A stretch of DNA of 64,000 nt from an uncultured Pedosphaera sp. (GTDB lineage Bacteria; Verrucomicrobiota; Verrucomicrobiia; Limisphaerales; Pedosphaeraceae). Position 1 is the stretch's first letter. Each line of letters starts with the position of its first letter. Location: NCBI GenBank assembly GCA_903918755.1, contig CAIXFN010000034.1, positions 156,618 through 220,617 on the forward strand, in the 5' to 3' direction. Under the pieces are notes generated by a model that was not told where the DNA came from, did no database searches, and worked only from the letters and a program-made list of their open reading frames with translations. This document shows positions 27,614-35,929 of this stretch, in pieces. Made by a program: the position numbers and the translations under genes.

Positions 27614-29050
27614 TTAGTGATGAGTCAACCGGAAGAACATTTGTTTGCCCGTGATTGCATTGGTCACCGCATGCTGTCCGCTGATAGTGGTCCAGGTAAT
27701 GGGTGGAGCGAGGCTGATAGCGGATTGCAGACTGAAGCCGGAAACACTGGTTGGCCAGCTCACGATGACTTTGGTTCCCATTTGCGCGATTTCGAGCGGC
27801 GGCGGAACCAGCAGGCTGAACACCGTGCCAAAGCCCTCCAGGCCGCCGGCACTGGCGGTCCCATAGAGCACACCGCCGGATTCGATTAACCCGCCGCTGG
27901 GATGCGCCCCGTCGGCATTGGTACCCGCGACATTGTTCGCGGCGGTGAATTGATACAAAACGCTAAAACCGGTACCGTCAAGATTCAGGCGAAACACGGT
28001 GCCATTGCCAAATTGTCCGCCATTCACGGCGGTCCCATAAAGCGCGTTGCCATAAAGCACGAGACCAGACTGCGGATTAGCGCCATCGCGGTTGGTTTGT
28101 AAAACTCCCGCCAGACCGCTGAATTGATGCAGCGGCGCGAAACCCGAACCGTCCGTGTTGATGGCAAAAACCGTGCCGCACGCGTTGCTGCCACCGCTAC
28201 TGGCCGTGCCGTAGAGCGTGTTGCCCACGCGAATCAGCGCGCCCAAGGGATTCGCGCCATCGCTATTGGTGTAGGGATATCCTCCCTGATAACTAAAACT
28301 GTAAAGGTTGGTGAAGCCAACGCCGTTGGTGCTGACTTTAAAGAGAGTGCCCACGGCATTGGCTCCGCCGCTTGCGGTCGAACCGAAAAGCATCCCGCCT
28401 GAAAACAGCAAGGGCGAGGTGGGATTTTGCCCATCACGGAACGTAAAATTGTGCAAGTTGGTGAAACTCCCGCCGTTGGTGTTGAGCGAAAAAATTGTGC
28501 CCCAACCGTTTATGCCACCTCCTTGAGCCAGACCGTATAAGGTATTTCCGTCAAGGACGAAGCCCGCCTCCGGATAAGCGCCCGGTCCGTTGGGGTAGGG
28601 AAAATCTCCGCCCAGGGCGGGAAAACTAAAAAGATTGGTCATACTGGCGCCATTGGTGCCAATCCCAAAGATGGTTCCATAGTTCGAACTGCCGCCGAAA
28701 AGCGCCGGGCCATAAAGCATTTTGCCAGCCAGCGTCAGACCGCCATCCAATTGGCCGCCGTCCGGGCCATTGGTGAAAACGCGCAGGGTCGAGTATCCGG
28801 AACCGTCTGGATTCACTTTAAACACGGAGCCGCTGCCGGTGACATAACCGTTCTCTCCGCCGGTCTTGGTGGTGCCATAGAGCACGCCGCCGGACAGGAC
28901 CAAACTCGCAGCCGGATTGATGCCGTTGGTGTAGGCAAAACCATGCAGGGTGGCAAACTCCACGGTTTGTGCGGACGCTGGCAGGCAGTTCAGCCAGAGG
29001 GCCACCAGGAAGCAACTTATCGGCCGACGAAGGGGTTCTGTTTTCATCAT
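27614..29050 (-). CDS. Gloeo_Verruco repeat protein (secreted)
   Basis: Track ORF 27614..29281; start placed at MMKTEPLRR (29050), which is followed by a signal peptide. About 12 tandem ~28-aa repeats of the form GG/GxLYGTTxxGGxxGxGTVFKL, i.e. the Gloeo_Verruco repeat, plus a C-terminal beta domain. Confidence 0.75.
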   Translation of the reverse strand: MMKTEPLRRPISCFLVALWLNCLPASAQTVEFATLHGFAYTNGINPAASLVLSGGVLYGTTKTGGENGYVTGSGSVFKVNPDGSGYSTLRVFTNGPDGGQLDGGLTLAGKMLYGPALFGGSSNYGTIFGIGTNGASMTNLFSFPALGGDFPYPNGPGAYPEAGFVLDGNTLYGLAQGGGINGWGTIFSLNTNGGSFTNLHNFTFRDGQNPTSPLLFSGGMLFGSTASGGANAVGTLFKVSTNGVGFTNLYSFSYQGGYPYTNSDGANPLGALIRVGNTLYGTASSGGSNACGTVFAINTDGSGFAPLHQFSGLAGVLQTNRDGANPQSGLVLYGNALYGTAVNGGQFGNGTVFRLNLDGTGFSVLYQFTAANNVAGTNADGAHPSGGLIESGGVLYGTASAGGLEGFGTVFSLLVPPPLEIAQMGTKVIVSWPTSVSGFSLQSAISLAPPITWTTISGQHAVTNAITGKQMFFRLTHH

Positions 29051-29378
29051 TATGATGCGGGTATGACCATGGCCCGTTCGGCAAATTGGGACAATACTCC
29101 GTTGGGCGCACCGCGCGGGGGGAAGTCTGCGGTTCACGAGCGAGGCAATGACGATGTTCTGATTCCCTGACCCAAGCCAGTTGCCCGCAGGCCACGACGC
29201 CACCGGCCGATCGCCCGCGGGCCCTGACATTTTATGTCCGGTGGCGGGCTTGCTGGCAGGTCGGCTTACCCACTGTTGCAATCCCTTTCTTTAACAACCC
29301 CTCCCTACACACACTATACCCGACCCGGGCGCAAGTGGAGCGTGATCGTCGAACCCTGGCCAAACAGAGGATGAGAAA

Positions 29379-32300
29379 TCAAGGCCAGAGCACCCGATAG
29401 AAACGCCGCACATTGTTGGTCGCTGCGGGATCGCTGAACTGGTATTGACCGGCCGGGCCTTCGATGGGCGAACCCAGCCCCGACCAATTGCTCAACGGCA
29501 GCAGCAAGTTGGTGGTGGCGAGCACCGTGAAGGGCTGGCCAGCGGTATTGGTGAAGGTGAATTTTAGCGGCCCCTTGTTCATGGTCACATTGATGAGTAG
29601 CGGGGGCGGAATGGCTATGGTGGTGAACGTCAAATCATTGCCAAAGTTTGTGCCGGTACTGTTGGTGGCCAGGCAGCGGAAATGGTAAAGCGTGCCCTGG
29701 CTCAAGGCGGTTAGAAGCGCACTGGCCGGCTGCGGGTTGATTCCGCTGCCCGCGCTGCTGGCACTGGTAGAACCGCCGTAGTTGGTGGTCGTGCCGTATT
29801 CAAACCAGGCTCCGGTGGCCAGGCCGTTGGGACTGACCAAGCCGTGCAGGTTGGCGTTAGTCGTGCCGATGAGGCTGGCCGCGAGCGTGGTCACCGTCGG
29901 AATTCCCACATTGACCAGGATGGTCGTGGCCGCGGTGTTGACTCCGTCGCTGGCATAGATCGTAAAACCGTCCACCCCGCCGTAGCCCGTGGCCGGCTGG
30001 TAGGTAAAACCGGTCGGCGTCACGTTGCCACCAGTGGAAGTCACGCTGCCGCCCGCCACGACTGAACCATGGAGCGGGGCCACCCCGAGTGTCCAGGTCA
30101 GGGTCAGCCCGAGGTTCAGATTTGATACCGCCAGCAGGGAGTTGATCGGCGTGGCGGGCGCGTTAAAGGCGACCGTCAGGCTTTGGTTGCTCGAGTTGGT
30201 AAACGCCAGCCCGGCATTGGTTCCCTTGGTAAAATACAACCCGAATATCGCCGCATTCGCCCCCGCATTCGACACCGTCAGGCTGGTGATCGACCCGGGG
30301 ACGATCACCCGATTGTTCGGCGTGCCCCCGAAGTCGCCCGTATTCACCAGAGCCCCACCTGACACCTGGGCCAGCGTAGCGTCCCCGCAGTTACTCGCCG
30401 TGACCCCGGCCAGATTTGCGCTCGTCAAAGTGTAGGCCGCTCCGTTCCTCGCAAAATGCACCTGGTCCGCCGTGCCGCCCGACCCAAACACCGTGTCCGC
30501 TTCCACGGCCTCCACCGCCGCGCCAAAACTAAACGTGTAGCTCCCCGATCCGCCCGAGAAAAAATACGGTCCGGTGTTGGGCCCGCATGGCTTGAAGATT
30601 GACACCGAGCCGATGCTCGTCACCGTTACCCCCACCCCATTGACCGTCGAACTCCCAGCCGGGTTTACCACCTGAAAATACGTCCCCGGCGTGAGGAACA
30701 GTCCGAAGAGCGCGCCGTTCGCACCCACGTTGGCCACGGTCAGGCTCGTGATCGGCCCCGGGATGATCACCCGGTTATTCGGCGTGCCCGCGTAATCACC
30801 GGTATTCACCAGATCCCCGTTCTGCGCCTGCGCCAGCGTGGCGTCCCCGCAGGTGCTCGCCGTCACTCCGGCGAGATTGGCATCAGTAATCGAATAGGCC
30901 ACGCCGTTCCGTACAAAATGCAACTGCCCCACCGTGCCCGAGGAGGCGAACACCGCATCCACCTCCACCGAACCGACTGGCGCGGAAAAATTGAACGTGA
31001 AGCTGCCCGCTCCTCCGGTGAGATAGTAAGGTGCCGTGCTGGCCCCGCAGGGACTGAAACTCGTCACCCCTCCGCTGCTCGACACGGTCACGCTCAGGCC
31101 ACCCACCACCGCGGTCCCCGCCAGGTGCGTCACCTGCCGGCTCGAGACTGGCGTCGCCGTCGTGAAAGTCAGGCCACTGCCATAGGTGGTTCCCGTACTG
31201 TTGATCGCATACGCGCGCGCATGAATCGTCGTCGCCGATGGCAGGCCCGTGACCGTAGCGCTGAACGGGCCGGTGCCACTGCCGTTCGCCACCTTGTTGT
31301 CCGCCGTCGTCGGATTGATGTTCGTGGACCATACGATGCCGCGCTCCGTCACCGCCACCCCCCCATCGGCGGTCACGCTGCCACCCAGCGTGGCCGCAGT
31401 GACGGCCACGTTAACCGGCGTCGCCGTCGTCACCGCCGGAAATCCCACATTCACCAGAATGGTCGTGGCGGCGGTGTTAACCCCGTCGCTGGCGTAGATC
31501 GTAAACCCGTCCACCCCGCCGTAGCCAGTGGCTGGCTGGTAGGTAAAGCCGGTCGGCGTCACGGTTCCGCCGGTGGCTGTAACCGCACCGCCGGCCACGA
31601 CTGATCCATGGAGCGGAGCCACCCCGAGCGTCCAGGTCAGGGACAGCCCGAGGTTCAGATTTGATACCGCCAGTAGTGCGTTGATCGACGTCGCGGTTGC
31701 GTTCAGGTCGACCGTCAGGCTCTGGTTGCTCGCGTTGGTGAACCCCAGCCCGGCATTGGTTCCCTTGGTAAAATACAACCCGAATAGCGCCGCGTTCACC
31801 CCCACATTTGATAACGTCAGGCTGGTGATCGACCCGGGGACGATCACCCGGTTGTTCGGCGTGCCTGCGTAGTCACCCGTATTCACCAGATCCCCGCCCG
31901 ACACCTGCGCCAGTGTGCCATCCCCGCAAGTGCTCGCCGTCACCCCGGCCAGATTCGCGGTCGCCAAGGCGTAGGCCGCTCCGTTCTTGGCAAAATGCAC
32001 CTGATCCGCCGTGCCGCCCGACCCGAACACCGTGTCCGCTTCCACCGCCTCCACCGCCGCTCCAAAACTAAACGTGTAGCTCCCCGCTCCGCCAGAGAAA
32101 TAATAGGGCCCGATGTTGGGCCCGCACGGCTTGAAACTAGTCACCGCGCCGCTGCTCGTCACCGTTACCCCCACCCCATTGACCGTCGAACTCCCGGCCG
32201 GGTTCACCACCTGGAAATAGGTCTCCGGCGTGAGGAACAGTCCGAAGATCGCCCCGTTCGCCCCTACATTAGCCACAGTCAGACTCGTGATTGGTCCCGG

Positions 32301-33671
32301 GATGATTACCCGGTTGTTCGGCGTGCCCGCGTAGTCACCCGTATTCACCAGATCCCCGTTCTGTGCCTGGGCCAACGTCGCGTCCCCGCACGTGCTCGCC
32401 GTCACCCCGGCCAGATTGGCATCATTAATCGCATAATCCACGCCGTTCCGCACAAAATGCAATTGCCCCGCTGTCCCAGCGGAGGCGAATACCGCATTCA
32501 CCTCCACCGCCCCGACCGGCGCGGAAAAGTTAAACGTGAAACTGGCCGGTCCGCCGGTGAAATAGTACGGTGACGTGCTGGCCCCGCAGGGAATAAAACT
32601 CGTCACGCCCCCGGTGCTCGTCACATTGACACTAATGCCGCCCACCACCGCGGTCCCCGTCAGGTGCGTCACCTGCCGGCTCGAAACCGGCGTCGCCGTC
32701 GTGAAACTGAGGTCGCTGCCATAGCTGGTTCCCGCACTGTTGATGGCATACGCGCGCACATGGATCGTCGTCCCCGCTGCGAGTCCATTGACCACGGCGC
32801 TGAATGCCCCGATGCCACTGCCATTGGCCACTTTGTTGTTCGCCGTCGTCGGATTGGCGCTCGTGGACCACACGATGCCGCGTTCCGCCACCGCCACCCC
32901 GCCATCGGCGGTCACGCTGCCACCCAAGGTGACCGCCGTGGCCGCCACGTTCACCGGCGTCGCCGTCGTCACCGTCGGCAGGGGCGGGGTGAAAGTCAAT
33001 ACGCTCCCATTGGCTGGCAGGCTGACGCCAGTATTAAAGGCGGAGTTGGCGACGTAGGACGCGGCGTTGGTCAGGGTCAGAAAATCTTTTTTGCTGTTGG
33101 CGATGCCAACCACTCCAGCGGGTGATGCGGCGTTCGTGCCGTAAACGAATTGAACGACGTTGGAACCTTCATATAATTTAATCTGCCAATTCATATGATC
33201 GGCAACCTGGTTGAAGACGCTGAAATCGCTCCATTCAATCGTGAACACCCGGCTGCCGACTGCGCCAGTGGTCTGGTAGTAGACACGCGGAGTTCCACCC
33301 CCGCCGGTCCGACCGTCACCGTCCGTCCACATGGGCATCAACCAACCACCGCCCAAGATGTTCGTGGCCGCCACGGTAAAGCTGGCCGTGTTCGTGTTTT
33401 GCAGGGACAAAACCGGGTTCGAGTTGGCCGTGCAGTTCGTGTAATTGGTCCCGCAGAACCCGAAGGTAAAACCAATCGGGATCCCGCCGGTGTGGCCCTC
33501 ATCCGCCAAAACGCCCGTTCCGCTGGCCGCAATGGCGGTGCCCGCGGCCGCAATGGTGGCGAAGGTGCCGGAGGTCCGGGCAAAAGTATAATTGGTCGCT
33601 GCGATCTGGGAAAGTCCTTCCCGGGCCAGCAAAGACAGAATCAGGAAAAGAAGCGGCGTGATTTTAAACAT
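29379..33671 (-). CDS. Giant secreted beta-rich repeat protein (~1430 aa), Thr/Gly/Ser/Asn-rich, adhesin-like
   Basis: Track ORF 29379..33713; start placed at MFKITPLLFLILSLLAREGLSQ (signal peptide) at 33671. Contains a ~510-aa unit duplicated in tandem (TATPVNVAxTAxTLGGSVTADGGVAV...). Confidence 0.7.
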   Translation of the reverse strand: MFKITPLLFLILSLLAREGLSQIAATNYTFARTSGTFATIAAAGTAIAASGTGVLADEGHTGGIPIGFTFGFCGTNYTNCTANSNPVLSLQNTNTASFTVAATNILGGGWLMPMWTDGDGRTGGGGTPRVYYQTTGAVGSRVFTIEWSDFSVFNQVADHMNWQIKLYEGSNVVQFVYGTNAASPAGVVGIANSKKDFLTLTNAASYVANSAFNTGVSLPANGSVLTFTPPLPTVTTATPVNVAATAVTLGGSVTADGGVAVAERGIVWSTSANPTTANNKVANGSGIGAFSAVVNGLAAGTTIHVRAYAINSAGTSYGSDLSFTTATPVSSRQVTHLTGTAVVGGISVNVTSTGGVTSFIPCGASTSPYYFTGGPASFTFNFSAPVGAVEVNAVFASAGTAGQLHFVRNGVDYAINDANLAGVTASTCGDATLAQAQNGDLVNTGDYAGTPNNRVIIPGPITSLTVANVGANGAIFGLFLTPETYFQVVNPAGSSTVNGVGVTVTSSGAVTSFKPCGPNIGPYYFSGGAGSYTFSFGAAVEAVEADTVFGSGGTADQVHFAKNGAAYALATANLAGVTASTCGDGTLAQVSGGDLVNTGDYAGTPNNRVIVPGSITSLTLSNVGVNAALFGLYFTKGTNAGLGFTNASNQSLTVDLNATATSINALLAVSNLNLGLSLTWTLGVAPLHGSVVAGGAVTATGGTVTPTGFTYQPATGYGGVDGFTIYASDGVNTAATTILVNVGFPAVTTATPVNVAVTAATLGGSVTADGGVAVTERGIVWSTNINPTTADNKVANGSGTGPFSATVTGLPSATTIHARAYAINSTGTTYGSGLTFTTATPVSSRQVTHLAGTAVVGGLSVTVSSSGGVTSFSPCGASTAPYYLTGGAGSFTFNFSAPVGSVEVDAVFASSGTVGQLHFVRNGVAYSITDANLAGVTASTCGDATLAQAQNGDLVNTGDYAGTPNNRVIIPGPITSLTVANVGANGALFGLFLTPGTYFQVVNPAGSSTVNGVGVTVTSIGSVSIFKPCGPNTGPYFFSGGSGSYTFSFGAAVEAVEADTVFGSGGTADQVHFARNGAAYTLTSANLAGVTASNCGDATLAQVSGGALVNTGDFGGTPNNRVIVPGSITSLTVSNAGANAAIFGLYFTKGTNAGLAFTNSSNQSLTVAFNAPATPINSLLAVSNLNLGLTLTWTLGVAPLHGSVVAGGSVTSTGGNVTPTGFTYQPATGYGGVDGFTIYASDGVNTAATTILVNVGIPTVTTLAASLIGTTNANLHGLVSPNGLATGAWFEYGTTTNYGGSTSASSAGSGINPQPASALLTALSQGTLYHFRCLATNSTGTNFGNDLTFTTIAIPPPLLINVTMNKGPLKFTFTNTAGQPFTVLATTNLLLPLSNWSGLGSPIEGPAGQYQFSDPAATNNVRRFYRVLWP
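30070..32990. repeat. Intragenic tandem duplication, 2 x ~1.5 kb, near-identical at the nucleotide level
   Basis: Long stretches are shared verbatim between about 30070-31625 and 31626-32990, e.g. gagcgtccaggtcagggNcagcccgaggttcagatttgataccgccag and ccaaaactaaacgtgtagctccccg. Confidence 0.7.
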
Positions 33672-34178
33672 ATTGCCTGACAAAGGACAGCTCCCACACG
33701 GTTTCCGGCTCACGACCAGCGTGAATCTTTTTTTGTGATTCTGTTCCTTTTCCGGCGGTTTGCAAGAACGCTCTACTACGCCTTTGGTGTTACTGGCATT
33801 AGCTTTTTTTGGTGCTTATCAAGCAATGCCCATCCATGCTCTGGCCCGGTCGCCTAGTCGAAATCTGTGCCGGTAATCCAAATAGGGGTCCGAATAGGGG
33901 TCCCGGCTATGCAACACTTTCAAAGTGTTGTTCGACGAAACAGCGCTGCAGCGCCTTTTCCCGCATCCGAATTTCCTCCACAGTTCTGAACGGCTACCAC
34001 GATTCCCTAACCCGACTCGGCACAACGAACATCGCTTTTTTGAGGGCAATTCACGTGACGAAGGCAGGAAGGTGGGCGGATGCCCCGCCGCGTGAACGCG
34101 GAACTCCGAACCTTGATTCGGGCGGGCGGTAGCGTGGGAGGAAGCGACCGTGGGCGGCGGACTGACTGAACGATAATA

Positions 34179-34892
34179 TCAGTATGCCGGCAGCAAGGTC
34201 TCTTTGCGGGGCACGCCGCGACCGCGACCATCCAAAGCCAGCCGCTGCCAAAGCAGGCTGACGGAGTCCGCCAGGGCCAGGACATCACCACGGGCGTCAT
34301 GGCGCCGGTAGTTCGCGGCATTCACCCCCAACCGCTCCATGACCCGATCGAGGCCGTGACCGGTGCCACGCTTCGTCCCAAAAAGGCGTTTGGAAAGGGT
34401 GATGGTGTCGATGGATTCCACGGGCCGCGTCGCCACCGAATGGCGCGCCGCGGTGGCTTCCAGGAATTTGATGTCAAACCGGTGCCCGTTGTGCGCCATC
34501 AGGACCGAGTGCCCCACATACCGGGAAAACTCCCGCAAAACATCGATCGGCCGTGGCGCATTTTGCACATCCTGATCCCGCACCCCGGTGTACTCGCTGA
34601 TGAAGTAGGGAATGGGCCGAACCGGCCGGCAGTAGCTGAAGAACGAATCTCCCGGCACCACCCGGCCATCCTGGAACCGCGCGGCCGCGATCTGGATGAT
34701 CTCGCAGGAATCCGGGTACAGCCCGGTGGTTTCCAGATCATAAATGACAAACGACGCCCCGGCGGGCAGCGGCACCTGCCCCCCGCAATCCGGACACACC
34801 ACCGAGACTTCGGTCGAGTCGTCCGCCACTCGCAACAGGGTGCCGCACTGGCTATTGCCGCAACGAGTAATCATGAATTGCTTTTCGATCAA
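34179..34892 (-). CDS. DnaQ-like 3'-5' exonuclease (DEDDh family) with N-terminal zinc ribbon
   Basis: 237 aa. Zinc ribbon CGNSQC...CPDCGG. Exo I motif VIYDLETTGL, Exo II HNGHRFDIKFL, Exo III HDARGD. Confidence 0.8.
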   Translation of the reverse strand: MIEKQFMITRCGNSQCGTLLRVADDSTEVSVVCPDCGGQVPLPAGASFVIYDLETTGLYPDSCEIIQIAAARFQDGRVVPGDSFFSYCRPVRPIPYFISEYTGVRDQDVQNAPRPIDVLREFSRYVGHSVLMAHNGHRFDIKFLEATAARHSVATRPVESIDTITLSKRLFGTKRGTGHGLDRVMERLGVNAANYRRHDARGDVLALADSVSLLWQRLALDGRGRGVPRKETLLPAY

Positions 34893-34933
34893 GCGAAGGC
34901 GAGCGGGCTTTCATCATCGGGGCGCGTCTGCTA

Positions 34934-35905
34934 TCACGGCCGGGGCTTGTTGCCGGCCGGTTTGGGCTGCGTTTGCGCTTTGGCGGCTTCCCAGCGGGCT
35001 TTCATCGCGGTCGCAATCCGCGCGCGCCCCGCGGCGGTGGCTTTGGCCGGCCCAGGCTTGATCTTGGCCACCTTCTTCGAGGCGGGTTTGCGCTTGGCCC
35101 TGGCCTTCGGGGTGGCCGCGACCTTTCGGGCCACCTTGGGTTTGGCCGCGGTCGCCACTTCCGGCGGCGGCGGCGCCGCGCGGACCGGTGCGGCCATCTC
35201 AATTCCAAAGACATCGGCCATTTCGGCCTCGCTCATGGCCGGCTGGGAATCCCCGGTCTGGCGCACCGCTTCCGATGCGGAGGCACGGCTGATCAGGTCG
35301 GACGCATCCACGCCCCGCAGCAGGAAAAGCAGTTCCGGCTGGGTGTCGAGACGCGCGCCCACTCCGTATAATGCCGCGGCCACATGTTTACAGAGGTCCG
35401 CCCAGTCCGGACAGGAGCATTCCAGATCGATATCTTTTGGCGTGGGGAAAAGTCCCTGCTCCTGGCGGGTGACGACTTGCATCACGCCCGCGGACAACTT
35501 GCCCTGCAACAGTTCGATGAGCGAATCAATTTTCCCGGCGCACTCCGCCTGGATGGCTTGCCAGACCCGGGGCGTCAGCGGCTTGATTTTGACCTCAATT
35601 TTATAGAGCGATGAACCCGCGACCCGGGCGGTCACTTTGCCCGCCGCGATTTGCAGATCCACCACCGAGCCATTACGCACGTAGGTGCGGCCGCGGGGCA
35701 GGCGGTTGGCAAAGTCGCTGTACGCCTCCAGATTGTCACACCACGCCTTGCCCCAAAAAGTGCGGGCAATCTTATTCCCTTCCAAAACCACAGGGGCGGC
35801 CGTCTGGCCTTTTTTCTTCGCCAACTTGGCCGACTCGCGCGCCGCCTTGGCCCGGCGGTCGGCCACCGGGACATACGGTTTCCATTGATGGGAATACCAG
35901 CTCAT
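34934..35905 (-). CDS. SWIM zinc-finger protein (COG4279-like) with a Lys/Ala/Pro-rich histone H1-like C-terminal tail
   Basis: 323 aa. SWIM motif CSCPDWADLCKH. C-terminus KPKVARKVAATPKARAKRKPASKKVAKIKPGPAKATAAGRARIATAMKARWEAAKAQ. Immediately downstream of the SNF2 helicase gene, which is the conserved SNF2-SWIM pairing. Confidence 0.75.
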   Translation of the reverse strand: MSWYSHQWKPYVPVADRRAKAARESAKLAKKKGQTAAPVVLEGNKIARTFWGKAWCDNLEAYSDFANRLPRGRTYVRNGSVVDLQIAAGKVTARVAGSSLYKIEVKIKPLTPRVWQAIQAECAGKIDSLIELLQGKLSAGVMQVVTRQEQGLFPTPKDIDLECSCPDWADLCKHVAAALYGVGARLDTQPELLFLLRGVDASDLISRASASEAVRQTGDSQPAMSEAEMADVFGIEMAAPVRAAPPPPEVATAAKPKVARKVAATPKARAKRKPASKKVAKIKPGPAKATAAGRARIATAMKARWEAAKAQTQPKPAGNKPRP

Positions 35906-35929
35906 ATAAATTCGGGTTCGCGTTTCAGA

